Shown here: piece after piece, positions 28,235 through 40,930 of the stretch
How positions within the stretch are numbered: the stretch's first letter is position 1
How the letters are laid out: each line of letters begins with the position of its first letter
Origin: Eledone cirrhosa
Lineage: Eukaryota
Length of the DNA stretch: 64,000 bases
Direction: 5' to 3'
Assembly: GCA_964016885.1 (NCBI GenBank)
Contig: OZ024746.1
Coordinates: 3,596,001 to 3,660,000 of the forward strand
The notes under the pieces: model-generated
Seen by the model: only the letters and a program-made list of their open reading frames with translations
Told to the model about the DNA's origin: nothing
Databases searched by the model: none
Made by a program: the position numbers and the translations under genes

Positions 28235-31200
28235 ATGGCCAATATAAGAGTTGGATGTGTGAATGTACGCGGCCTGGGGATGCCCTGGAAACAGGGCAAA
28301 CTCTTAAACGACCTCAGGTCGCACAGTTTGGATGTGGTAGCCATTTGCGAGTCCAGGATCCACGGCGAGCGACAGCTGGCCCCCATCTTCGATGACTTTG
28401 AGATCTACGCATCTCTCTGTCAACCGGGGGGTGGGGGCGGAGTTGCCGTTTTGCTGCGGAAACACCTGGGCCTCGTAACACAGACGGTACATCTGGACCC
28501 GGAGGGTCGACTGGTGGTCCTAGACGTTGACGGTAGTGAAGGTGGAGCGTTCAGGCTGGTGGCCGCATATGCCCCATCCGGGACACCGCGGCCAGACTTC
28601 TTCAAACGTCTAGAGACTTTTCTGGGAACGTCCCGCTCCTTGCTTTTAGTGGGGGACTGGAATGGAATCCTAGATGCACGTTGGGACTATGTGGGAGCAT
28701 GTCCCGATAAAGGGGGGTGTAACAGCCTCAAACAGTTAATCGACCGATTTGACCTGGCCGATAGATATCGACTAGATTTTCCGACTGCGCCACTGTGGAC
28801 GTGGAGTAATCGTAGCGGAACATCTAGATCGTACCTAGATAGGGTTCTAGTTAGAAATAAGGATAGGGACATGTTAAGCTGTCCACAAATGTTCATGGTT
28901 GCCTATTCAGATCACAAACTAGTGACCTGCATGGCCAACCTTGATAGAACCCATAGACAAGGACCCGGCTACTGGAAGCTGAACTTGTCGTTACCGACAA
29001 GCAAAGCCTACAGTAGACGGATTAGCACTTTAGTTAAACAGCACTTGACAGGGGCCATTGTCAACAACAGATGGTGGTACTCTCTCAAGAGGGCAGTTAG
29101 ATTAGACTCGATAGTTTTTAGTAAAGAATTAGCGTTAGATAGAAATAGAACCGAGAAGGAACTGGTAGATAAAGTAGAAGAGGCAATTAGAAGTGGCAAC
29201 GTAGCCAGCGTGCTAGCAACGAGAACGGCCTTGGACCAGTTCTTCGACGCAAAGCACGAGGGCTGCGTTGTCAGAAGCAAAATACGTGCTCTGGGAAACG
29301 AGGGAGCCAAAGCTGTTAGCTGGGCCCGAGTGACGGAGGCAAAAAGTGGCAACAAGTCCACGATTCGGTCTTTGAAGGACCAAAACGGACGCGTGATACG
29401 TGAGCCGAAGCAGATGTGTGCGGCTTTTCAGCGGCACTTTGCTCGGCTGTTCGGGGGGAGCGGCGCGCCGGGAGAGGCTATGGATTTCGGTCCATACCTC
29501 GACGGCCTACCGCGACTCTCGGACAGCGAGGCGAAGTTCTGCGAAAAGCCGATTTCAGCCACTGAGATAGGGGACGCGCTGAGCCAATGCGGCAAACGCA
29601 AATCTCCAGGTCTCGACGGTCTACCCTACGAATTTTACGTAGCAATGCCGGACTTATTCTCCGGTCTCCTGGAAGCGGTCTACTGCAACTGGCAACAGAA
29701 CGGGAGAATTCCCAGTTCTGTAACCGGGGGCGTGGTCACACTAATCAGGAAGGACGAGAATAAGGGGGATGACATAGGCAACTTCCGGCCCATAACTCTG
29801 CTAAACACAGAGTTACAGATTTTGGCCAAGGTGTTGGCAAAGAGGCTGGCGCTTGTCGTCGAGAACCTGGTGGGAGAAGCGCAGACATGCGCGATCCCGA
29901 CCAGGTCCATACACGACAACCTCCACCTCATGCGATACATCATAGAGAGGGTAGGGTGTAAACCCGGCTTCGGTGGGGCCCTGATCAACTTGGATCAGTC
30001 TAAGGCTTTCGATAGGGTTGACCATCGTTACCTGGATGCGGTGCTCGAGGCGGCAGGCTTCGGACCCGTGTTCAGGGGCTGGATTGCTGCAATGCACAAC
30101 AGCAACATCTGCTCAAGGGTCAAGGTGAACGGTTACCTCTCGGAGCCGTTCCATATTACGCGATCCATTCGACAGGGATGCCCTCTCTCCTCCCTTCTGT
30201 ACGTACTGACTCTCGAGCCACTACTGCGGAAGCTGGAGCTATTGCAGGGCATCCCTCTGGAACCGGGACTGCGGAAAGCGGCGTCGGCCTACGCCGACGA
30301 CGTGACAGTAATGGTGTCGAGCGCCTCGCAAATCGAGGAAGTCGGCACCTTACTAAAGGAATACGAAAGTCTCACAGGAGCGAAGCTGAACCGGGACAAG
30401 TCCATCGGTTTGCAACTCGGATCGTGGAGAGGCAGACCGATGCCTTCCGATGGCGTCGTCGGACGCTGGACGGAAGGACCGGTAAAGCTGCTCGGGGTCT
30501 GGTTTGGTCCGGACCTCCAGGTGGAGAAGAACTGGAACGAAGTGACGGCCAAGGTGTTTGCACTCACCCAGAAGTGGGCCGAGTGCAAACTATCCTTGAA
30601 AGGTCGAGCGGAGGTGGCGAACACTTTTATAGCGTCCGCCATCTACTACCGCTTGACCGTCGTGCCTTGTCCAGCCAAAACGCTCGCCAAAATGGAGCGC
30701 GCCCTCTTCCGATTCCTTTGGAAGAGGCGGGCTCCTTTGGTAAGAAGATCCATCTGCTGCCAACACCCTTCTAACGGAGGGCTGGGGATGCCGTGGTTGA
30801 CGATGCGCAAACACGCGCTCAGGCTGCGGCATCTCTACGTATTCCTCACCGGACAACCGGTGTGGGCCCCGTTCGTGAGGCGAGCCTTCCCACGACTCGT
30901 CTCGCTGACCGAGCTGCAGTCCTGGGTCAAGCAGAGACCGAGGAAAATGGGCGACTGGCACATCGAATGTGCTCAGGCGCTCACAGCCCTCTGGCAGGCG
31001 GACCCGGCGATCAGTGGAGACTCCACTTCGTCATTCTATAGAGGGTTGGTCCGCAGCAAGTGCGACGACGCGCTCGGTGAAACTCTAGGCGTGGAGGAAG
31101 ATGAACTGGCCAGTCTGTTCGGTAGGACCTTCCGCCCGGGACCGATGGACAACTTCCAAAAGTCCCTGGCCTGGCAGTGCTACCGAGGAGCTCTACCAGT

Positions 31201-31672
31201 TCGAGACAAGCTCTACAGACATGGGCGCCCGGGCAGGGACCCTGCAAAAAAGATCTGTCCGAGGTGCGTGCGAGACGAAGAAACCGTCGCGCACGCATTC
31301 ATACACTGCCCGGGCGTCACTGACCTGTGGGGCTATGTAGAACGACTATTGTCGCGGGTGGGACCAATCCAGTTGACCACCGAGTCCATTGTCATGATCA
31401 AACCGCCACCCTCCTTCAAAAACGAAGGAGAGGCGGTTTTCCTTTGTGTGATAGCTATGGCGAAAGAGGTTGTATGGTGGACAAGGTTGAAAGGGCTGAG
31501 GTCAGACACCTTTCTCTCCGGCCAACAACTGATTCTTTTTTTCAAATACCACTTTGGAAGAAGAATCAGGATGGAGAGAGAGGTGCTGTACCCCAGCAAG
31601 TTTTATGAAAGGTGGGTGAAAGTGGCGAGAATGGCCCGAGTGAATGGGCCTTCTCTCTATATCAGCCTGTAG
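28235..31672 (+). CDS. Tx1 ORF2: AP-endonuclease, reverse transcriptase and C-terminal zinc finger (1145 aa)
   Basis: APE motifs NVRGL, CESR, GDWN, YLDR, SDH. RT motifs KSPGLDG, FRPITLLN, DQSKAFDRVDH, RQGCPLS, YADD. C-terminal CPRC-X8-H-X4-C. Confidence 0.96.
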   Translation: MANIRVGCVNVRGLGMPWKQGKLLNDLRSHSLDVVAICESRIHGERQLAPIFDDFEIYASLCQPGGGGGVAVLLRKHLGLVTQTVHLDPEGRLVVLDVDGSEGGAFRLVAAYAPSGTPRPDFFKRLETFLGTSRSLLLVGDWNGILDARWDYVGACPDKGGCNSLKQLIDRFDLADRYRLDFPTAPLWTWSNRSGTSRSYLDRVLVRNKDRDMLSCPQMFMVAYSDHKLVTCMANLDRTHRQGPGYWKLNLSLPTSKAYSRRISTLVKQHLTGAIVNNRWWYSLKRAVRLDSIVFSKELALDRNRTEKELVDKVEEAIRSGNVASVLATRTALDQFFDAKHEGCVVRSKIRALGNEGAKAVSWARVTEAKSGNKSTIRSLKDQNGRVIREPKQMCAAFQRHFARLFGGSGAPGEAMDFGPYLDGLPRLSDSEAKFCEKPISATEIGDALSQCGKRKSPGLDGLPYEFYVAMPDLFSGLLEAVYCNWQQNGRIPSSVTGGVVTLIRKDENKGDDIGNFRPITLLNTELQILAKVLAKRLALVVENLVGEAQTCAIPTRSIHDNLHLMRYIIERVGCKPGFGGALINLDQSKAFDRVDHRYLDAVLEAAGFGPVFRGWIAAMHNSNICSRVKVNGYLSEPFHITRSIRQGCPLSSLLYVLTLEPLLRKLELLQGIPLEPGLRKAASAYADDVTVMVSSASQIEEVGTLLKEYESLTGAKLNRDKSIGLQLGSWRGRPMPSDGVVGRWTEGPVKLLGVWFGPDLQVEKNWNEVTAKVFALTQKWAECKLSLKGRAEVANTFIASAIYYRLTVVPCPAKTLAKMERALFRFLWKRRAPLVRRSICCQHPSNGGLGMPWLTMRKHALRLRHLYVFLTGQPVWAPFVRRAFPRLVSLTELQSWVKQRPRKMGDWHIECAQALTALWQADPAISGDSTSSFYRGLVRSKCDDALGETLGVEEDELASLFGRTFRPGPMDNFQKSLAWQCYRGALPVRDKLYRHGRPGRDPAKKICPRCVRDEETVAHAFIHCPGVTDLWGYVERLLSRVGPIQLTTESIVMIKPPPSFKNEGEAVFLCVIAMAKEVVWWTRLKGLRSDTFLSGQQLILFFKYHFGRRIRMEREVLYPSKFYERWVKVARMARVNGPSLYISL

Positions 31673-31937
31673 GTTGAGGAAAAGGAGGAGGAGAGGAAAG
31701 GAGTACAAGCTCTTCGTACTCCTGGAGATGAGGGTTGCACATTTTTTTCGGGGGTCTGTGTTACCCATATAAACTGTCTCCCTCTATTGGGGAAAATCGA
31801 CTAACTTTTAAATTCCATCTGTGATAACATTTTACACGTTTTTATTGTATGTAAACTTCCCCCTTTGTATTTGTCCCCTTCTTTTGTGCCCCTGTGGCTA
31901 ATAAAGAAATATATCTATCTATCTATCTATCTATCTA

Positions 31938-32929
31938 GCAGTCCTGGGTCAAGCAAAGACCGAGGAAAATGGGCGACTGGCACATCGAATGTGCTCAGGC
32001 GCTCACAGCCCTCTGGCAGGCGGACCCGGCGATCAGTGGAGACTCCACTTCGTCATTCTATAGAGGGTTGATCCGCAGCAAGTGCGACGACGTGCTCGGT
32101 GAAACTCTAGGCGTAGAGGAAGACGAACTGGCCAGTCTGTTCGGTAGGACCTTCCGCCCGGGACCGATGGACAACTTCCAAAAGTCCCTGGCCTGGCAGT
32201 GCTACCGAGGAGCTCTACCAGTTCGAGACAAGCTCTACAGACATGGGCGCCCGGGAAGGGACCCTGCAAAAAAGATCTGTCCGAGGTGCGTGCGAGGCGA
32301 AGAAACCGTCGCGCACGCATTCATACACTGCCCGGGCATCACCGACCTGTGGGGCTATGTAGAACGACTATTGTCGCGGGTGGGACCAATCCGGTTGACC
32401 ACCGAGTCCATTGTCATGATCAAACCGCCACCCTCCTTCAAAAACGAAGGAGAGGCGGTTTTCCTTTGTGTGATAGCTATGGCGAAAGGGGTTGCATGGT
32501 GGACAAGGTTGAAAGGGCTGAGGTCAGACACCTTTCTCTCCGGCTAACAACTGATTCTTTTTTTCAAATACCACTTTGGAAGAAGAATCAGGATGGAGAG
32601 AGAGGTGCTGTACCCCAGTAAGTTTTATGAAAGGTGGGTGAAAGTGGCGAGAATGGCCCGAGTGAATGGGCCTTCTCTCTATATCAGCCTGTAGGTTGAG
32701 GAAAAAGAGGAAGAGAGGAAAAGGGTACAAACTCTTCGTACTCCTGGAGATGAGGGTTGCACATTTTTTCGGGGGTATGTGTTACCCATATGAACTGTCT
32801 CCCCCTATTGGGGAAAATCGACTAATTTTTAAATTGCATTTGTGATAATATTTTACACATTTTTATTGTATGTAAACTTCCCCCTTTGTATTGTCCCCTT
32901 CTTTTGTGCCCCTGTGGCTAATAAAGAAA
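31938..32929 (+). mobile_element. 5'-truncated second copy of the same Tx1 family, head-to-tail with the first
   Basis: Matches ~30916-31909 with a few percent substitutions, including CAA>TAA at 32545. Same AATAAAGAAA end, followed by ATCTATCT. Confidence 0.93.
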
Positions 32930-33050
32930 CATATCTATCTAGTTAAATAGTTAATTAGTTCATTGTTACATATATATATAAATAAATTTACACCACATGT
33001 ATATATATATATATATATATACTCCACATGTATATATATATATACCCCAC

Positions 33051-33101
<51 letters not shown>

Positions 33102-33199
33102 GAACATGCGAAGAACTACCCCCCAGAAACGAGAGTAAAATAATGAGTTTTACTAGGAATTACCCGTATTTTGTTTAATTTCATTGTTTTCACTATTTG

Positions 33200-33314
<115 letters not shown>

Positions 33315-33358
33315 TGTTTAAACGTAATATAACTTCTGCGTATTTGTTGTCGCTATAT

Positions 33359-33418
<60 letters not shown>

Positions 33419-33456
33419 CAATTAGTAGTGTTAAGACTCGATATCAGAAACTTTAC

Positions 33457-33523
<67 letters not shown>

Positions 33524-33797
33524 TATGTAGGTAAAAGTAATAACAAAAATAACGAAACATAACAAAAGAAACAGCACAGTACATGGGAGAAATATATGTA
33601 TGTGTGTGTGTATGTATATATATATGTATATGTATGTATATATAGATGTATATATACTTGGGGAGGGTCATATTTGTGTAATAATATTGCCAGAATTAAT
33701 AATAGAACACACTCACTGTTGGTTGGTTTTCGCTTCTGTATCTTTTAAATCAGTTAATTTAATTTACTCGGTCCCCCCTCAATGGTTAACATTGATG

Positions 33798-33877
<80 letters not shown>

Positions 33878-33886
33878 GAGAGAGAG

Positions 33887-33937
33887 AGTTTCCTGATGAT
33901 TTCTCATGAATGAAACAGTTCTAGTCCCGTAGAAGCT
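33887..33937 (+). ncRNA. Hammerhead ribozyme, tandem copy 1
   Basis: AGTTTC-CTGATGA-TTTC.TCAT.GAAT-GAA-ACAG...CCGT-A-GAAGCT. Confidence 0.75.
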
Positions 33938-33945
33938 TTGCTATA

Positions 33946-34081
<136 letters not shown>

Positions 34082-34108
34082 CATATATATATATATATAG
34101 AGAGAGAG

Positions 34109-34159
34109 AGCCTCCTGATGATTTCTCATGAATGAAACAGTTCTAGTCCCGTAGAAGTT
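34109..34159 (+). ncRNA. Hammerhead ribozyme, tandem copy 2
   Basis: Same motif as copy 1, with an imperfect helix I. Confidence 0.65.
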
Positions 34160-34167
34160 TTGCTATA

Positions 34168-34275
<108 letters not shown>

Positions 34276-34286
34276 GAGAGAGAGAG

Positions 34287-34337
34287 AGCTTCCTGATGAT
34301 TTCTCATGAATGAAAGAGTTCTAGTCCCGTAGAAGCT
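34287..34337 (+). ncRNA. Hammerhead ribozyme, tandem copy 3
   Basis: Perfect helix I AGCTTC/GAAGCT. The GAAAG variant weakens helix III. Confidence 0.65.
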
Positions 34338-34365
34338 TTGCTATATATATGTATATATATATATA

Positions 34366-34522
<157 letters not shown>

Positions 34523-36174
34523 AAGTTCGTATATTTGTATAAAATAAAAATCCAAGTATATAAAAAGCAATATTAATAAACTTACCTGTCTGTTGTAGGC
34601 ATCAATAGGTATATGGTAAATCCAAAATTCCTATATAACGTTCTCAATATTGACCGAACATTATCTGGCTTTACTCAATATATTTATTGATCAAACCCAG
34701 ACGGCAACTTCTATCGATACTCGCACAAGAGAGCCCTTACTATTCTAGTTGTAAGAATGAACTAAACTTCAACACATCTTTGGTGTAGGTGGGAGTCGAA
34801 ACATAGGAACATGGTCTTGGGAAGGGAAGACGACGCTTGGGCGTAAGTCGATGACTATATATATATATTAGTTTGTCTATAGTATATATAACTATCCAGT
34901 ATCCCAGGACTTTGTTTTAACTTTGTTAAACGTATGTGTGTATGTGTGGCTGAGTGAGGTAGTGTGTGTGTGTGAGTATGAGCGAGTGAGTGTGTGTGTG
35001 AGAGGGAGTGTGTGTGTATGTGTGTGCGTATGAGAACGAATCAGAGTGTGTATGTTTGTGTGTGTGTGTGTGTGTGTGAGTGAGGAAGTGTGTGTGTGTG
35101 TGTGAGTATGATCGAGTGAGTGTGTGTGTTTGTGAGGGAATGTGTGTGAGTTAGTGAAGGTGTGTGTATGAGAACGAGTGTGTATATATAAATAAACTGA
35201 TCGTTGTGATAGAGGAGTGGGAGTTAAGCAGACGACAACGACGCAGACGACAGCTAGAGCAGAAGGTATATAACAATTATGAATGGCAACAATAATCGCC
35301 GTTACAAAGTGACGACGGAAGAGGCGAGAGAGAGGATTTCCCATACGTTGTCATATAGTCAGTGACAATAGGGGACGATATCTGGATGATGGTTGTGGTT
35401 GTGGTTGTGGTTGTGGTAGCTGTGGTGTGGTGGTAGTACTGCTGCTCCGGAGGTGGTGGTGGTGCTAAAGGTGGTGGTGGTGGTTTTAGTAGAGCGTCAT
35501 AATAGCACAGTAGAAACTACCTTACCATTCCACTTATAATGTTCTATATATACCCCTCATACCCACACCTACACACATACACTCGCTCACACACACACTA
35601 CACACTCCCTTTCACCCACACTACATAAGAACCACATTTCCTCTTAGTCTATCCGATGGTATAATAACATTAAGTCCATAACGATTTTAAAACCTGGATA
35701 TCTAACATAAAAGCACCTAGCCTTTTTTCCGCGTAGCCACACACAGACATACAAATATATATTATTACGTCCCTTTACGGTGTGAGTTCAAATCCCGCTG
35801 AGGTTGACTTTGCCTTTCATCCTTACGGGGTCGATAAAATAAAGTACCAGTAATGTACTGGGTAATTGCTGGCCTTGTGCCAAAAAGTAGAAACAATTAT
35901 TACTATATATAGGAAAAAGTATGACCCCGACGGCTGAGCTCAAGCCGTTTCGACTAAGTATTGAGTAATAATAATAAATGTGAAGATTAAAATCCAAAGA
36001 AGGCTCGATAAGGATAAATATATATCAAATATATAAGAACTCTAGAGCAAATATTTATTAAAATAACAGATTAAAGTTTTAGCAAATAATCGCTGCTTTC
36101 ACCCTTAACGGGATCTTCTGAAACTAGTTAAGGGTGAAAGCAGCGATTCTTTGCTTAAACTTTAATCTGTTATT

Positions 36175-36177
<3 letters not shown>

Positions 36178-36247
<70 letters not shown>

Positions 36248-36686
36248 ATGCATGCATGTATGTATGTATGTATGTATGTATGTATGTATGTATGTATGTA
36301 TGTATGTATGTATGTGTGTATGTGTGTATGTATGTATGTATGTATGTATGTATGTGTGTATGTATGTATGTATGTATGTATGTATGTATGTATGTATGTA
36401 TGTGTGTATGTATGTATGTATGTATGTATGTATGTATGTGTGTATGTGTGTATGTATGTATGTATGTATGTATGTATGTATGTATGTATGTATGTGTGTA
36501 TGTATGTATGTATGTATGTATGTATGTATGTATGTATGTATGTGTGTATGTATGTATGTATGTATGTATGTATGTATGTATGTATGTGTGTATGTATGTA
36601 TGTATGTATGTATGTATGTATGTATGTATGTATGTATGTATGTGTGTATGTATGTATGTATGTATGTATGTATGTATGTATGTATG
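36178..36686. repeat. (TA)n(TG)n(TATG)n array
   Basis: Direct reading of the sequence. Confidence 0.97.
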
Positions 36687-36831
36687 TAGGAAGAGAGCCA
36701 GGACGCCGACGGCTGAGCTCCGGCCGTTTCGACAGCTAAATCCGAACGCATTACCCACTCTACTACCCCAAGTATTGAGTACTCTGGTGCGTTATGGTCC
36801 ACCTGGTTTCTTACCACACTTTCTTTGTTTA

Positions 36832-36966
<135 letters not shown>

Positions 36967-37039
36967 GTGGCCCCAAAAGTGTATACACACTTTGATTAGA
37001 ATGCTGTTGATATCCTGTATATATACATATGCACACATT

Positions 37040-37321
37040 AAGTATTCGGTTTACTATAACATAATTAAAACACTCTAAACACATCCACCCCACTTCTTCC
37101 AGCGGGTCAGAAGCAACCGTCTCCAACCGACCCGGATGGTTCCCTAAGCGAGACAAGCCAAGCTCATGGATGTTATCTAAGTATTTTGCTCGGGGTGTAC
37201 CTCTAGGTCTCCTGCCAGTTGGTTTTGTTCGTAAACTCTGTCCAGCGATTCATTCTGGAGACATTCTAACCGCATGTCCATTATATCGGAGCTGTGATCT
37301 CTCAAGTTGGAGAAGTAGCGG
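37040..37321 (-). mobile_element. RTE (Rex3/Expander-like) LINE 3' fragment
   Basis: EPLLLQLERSQLRYNGHAVRM...[11 protein letters not shown]...LSRLG. Confidence 0.75.
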
Positions 37322-37722
37322 CTCTACCCTGGAGTGATTCTATGATCTCCCAGCTAGGCACCCTATCAAGTAACGGTACTCTAAAGACCCCATCTCTACC
37401 CTGGAGTGATTCTATGATCTCCCAGCTAGGCACCCTATCAAGTAACGGTACTCTAAAGACCCCATCTCTACCCTGGAGTGATTCTATGATCTCCCAGCTA
37501 GGCACCCTATCAAGTAACGGTACTCTAAAGACCTCATCTCTACCCTGGAGTGACTCTCTTATCTCCTAACTAGGCATCCTATCAAGTAACTGTACTCCAT
37601 AGACCCCATCTCTACCCTGGAGTGACTCTCTGATCTCCCAGCTAGGCACCCTATCAAGTAACTGTACTCCATAGACCCCATCTCTACCCTGGAGTGACTC
37701 TCTGATCTCCCAGCTAGGCACT
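37322..37722. repeat. 72-bp minisatellite, ~5.5 copies
   Basis: Unit starts (CTCTACCCTGGAGTGA) at 37322, 37394, 37466 and onward. Confidence 0.95.
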
Positions 37723-38019
37723 CTCTCATGTCCAATTTCTGTTATGGTACTGTACCCGATTTTCTCAACTATTGTCTATAGTTATGGACTGTTTATCAAA
37801 GTCATTTGCATTGGGGTGACTGCAATAAATTTTTTTATTTTTTATTTTTATTTTCTTTGGGCTTTTCTTTTTTGTTTTCCCGATGAAGGGCAAATACCCG
37901 CTATGTTGACAATGTAACTCACTCTTGTTCCTCCAAGCGTGAAACTAATATAACTTTTCGTTATTGCATTCTCTTGTTCGTTTGTTTGTTGTTTCATTGA
38001 TATATATATATATATATAT

Positions 38020-38250
38020 AATAATAATAAAATTGAAGACTAAAATCCAAAGAAGGCTCGATAAGGAAAATATATATCAAATATATAAGAACCGTAGAGC
38101 AAATATTTATTAAAATAACAGATTAAAGTTTAAGCAAAGAATCGCTGCTTTCACCCTTAACGGGATCTTCTGAGTTTCAGAAGATCCCGTTAAGGGTGAA
38201 AGCAGCGATTCTTTGCTTAAACTTTAATCTGTTATTTTAATAAATATATA
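38020..38250. mobile_element. Probable PLE pLTR family P2 with fold-back; other copies at ~10545-10710, 16770-16932, 35965-36180 and 59235-59458
   Basis: Shared ~150-bp block ending CAGAAGATCCCGTTAAGGGTGAAAGCAGCG (hammerhead-like with an altered core), in (TA)n. Confidence 0.65.
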
Positions 38251-38300
38251 TAAATATATATATATATATTTATATATATACATACATATATATATATATG

Positions 38301-38367
<67 letters not shown>

Positions 38368-38816
38368 CAGGGGAAGAAAGAGGAAAACTGCGTGGTTGCA
38401 CATGGGTTACATATTATAAAATTAGTCCCTCATCAGTGATTTGCCAACCATCATTGGTATTTCATCGCATTAAAAATCATATACCTCAGGTTGGTGCGAG
38501 CAATAACTAAATTAAGCTATTGGGACAAGTGAATCGCGTAAAGCGAGTGAGACAAGTAAACAACATAGAGGGAAAAGCAAACCGAAGGTAGGAAAAAAAG
38601 CAAGCAACATGATGGTTATCCGGTCAGCATAAGCTGGGTGAATTTCATGAGCGGCCAGAAAACAGACCGTCCGACGTAAATGAGATGTGAGAAAGAAAGA
38701 ATCCCACTACTAACGAACGGGGGGAAGTGAGAAGGGGAGAAACAGAGAGTGAGTGAGTGGAAGTGCGAGGAAGAAGTCAGTCGAGAGAAAGTGTAACTGA
38801 CAGAGGGGGCGATAGA

Positions 38817-38853
<37 letters not shown>

Positions 38854-38854
38854 A

Positions 38855-38999
38855 TAATTAGAAAGTGAACAACACAAAATATATAACTACTCCATTACCA
38901 AAGGTTTCTGGATCCTAGACAATAATAATATACGTCTGTGATCCAGAAACCTTTGGTAATGGAGTAGTTATATATTTTGTGTTGTTCACTTTCTAATTA
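38855..38999. repeat. Inverted repeat with ~60-bp arms
   Basis: TAATTAGAAAGTG...TCTGGATC / GATCCAGA...TTCTAATTA. Confidence 0.85.
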
Positions 39000-39060
39000 A
39001 ACAGCTCTGTTCTATACATAGAGCACTATTTTTCCTTTGCTTTTCCTTCGGAATTACCTA

Positions 39061-39115
<55 letters not shown>

Positions 39116-39119
39116 ACAT

Positions 39120-39186
<67 letters not shown>

Positions 39187-39190
39187 ACAT

Positions 39191-39283
<93 letters not shown>

Positions 39284-39646
39284 TCAAATCAAAATGTCGA
39301 GTTACAAACTCTCAATAGTCCCCTACAATCAAACGAGCTCAACTTCAATCTCTGTATTATGGAATCAAAAAGAAAGAAAAAAAATGTCTTCCAACTCTCT
39401 GTTTCCTACTTTAATACCTGTCTTCTTTCTCATCTATTTCCTCCACTTTCTCTTACTCCATCTCTCCACACCCCTCTCTTCTTTCTCTTCTATTTCCTCC
39501 ACTTTCTCTCACTCCATCTCTCCACACCCCTCTCTTCTTTCTCTTCTATTATGTTTATCTTTACGTCCCTCCTTCTTTTTCCTCAATCACTCAAACTTTC
39601 CGATTCTTCCTATTACATATATATAAATATATATATATAATCTGAC

Positions 39647-39685
<39 letters not shown>

Positions 39686-40540
39686 CAAAGGAATTGTGGC
39701 AAGGAACCAGATGGACCATAACGCACCAGAGTACTCAATACTTAGGGTAGTAGAGTGGGCAATAGGAAAAAGTATGACCCCGACGGCAGAGCTCAAGCCG
39801 TTTCGACGGCTATTTCTGGACGAAATTAGAATTTTTAGCCTGGTGAATAAATAGCCGAACTTTTCAAGGGGGGTACTTCCTTATATGGGAAGATTGTAGT
39901 TGCCGAGAGGATTGGTTAAAATTTATTGTAAACACAAATAAGTCTATCATGGCATTTGGTGGGAGGTAGGGGTGGCTGAACTTGCCTGTAGAACAATAGG
40001 GGAGTGAGTGGAACGGTCAAGCGTTGAAAGTGATATGTATACAGCAGATTCTAAGGATAGTGTATGAAGTGGGGGAGGGAGGATATAGAATAGGTAAATC
40101 GAATGAGAGTTGGAGACAATAAAAGATACTAGAAAGAAATAAAAAATATATAAAATTAGATAGTGAGAAAAAAATAAAAAAATCACAATGCTATCTTACA
40201 ATTACAGGTTAATAAGTTGAGAATAGAAAAAACTTGTAGAATGAGTAGTACCAGAACTGATACAAAATTAAAGGGGTTTAACACGTCTGCTATAAGTAGT
40301 TAGTAAAACATATTAGGCCAATTCTATCTTAAAATTACAGGGGTGGGGGAACTGATGCTACAGAGGCCCGATGGGCTGCATCGGGGTAGGCGAAGGGGAA
40401 AAGCAGACGAGGAAGAAAATAGGGGGTGGAAGAAAGTGATAAGATGAGACAGGGGGAAGAAGAAAACAAAGAGGAAAAGAAAAGAAAAGAAAAGAAAAGA
40501 GATACATCTACCTAAGTAAGCTGGGGTTTCCCCTAACTTA

Positions 40541-40682
40541 TGCAGACACAGACACATTCGTGCATACACACACGTACGCCTACATGCGTGTATATATATA
40601 CATATATCTATGTATGTGGGTGTGTGTGTGTCTACGCATGTAGGCGTACATGTGTGTATGCACGAATGTGTCTGTGTCTGCA
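40541..40682. repeat. Inverted repeat with ~48-bp arms
   Basis: TGCAGACACAGACACATTCGTGCATAC... and its reverse complement. Confidence 0.85.
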
Positions 40683-40773
40683 TGGCACACTCTACTATTA
40701 CCCACTCTACTACCCTAAGTATTGAGTACTTTGGTGCGTTATGGTCCATCTGGTTCTTACCACATTTCCTTCG

Positions 40774-40930
<157 letters not shown>

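Larger units (their letters stand above)
26068..31909 (+). mobile_element. Full-length Tx1 (L1 group) non-LTR retrotransposon inserted in an (ATCT)n microsatellite
   Basis: 5' UTR, two intact ORFs and a 3' UTR ending AATAAAGAAA (31900-31909). (ATCT)n lies on both sides (~26005-26067 and 31913-31936). Confidence 0.93.
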
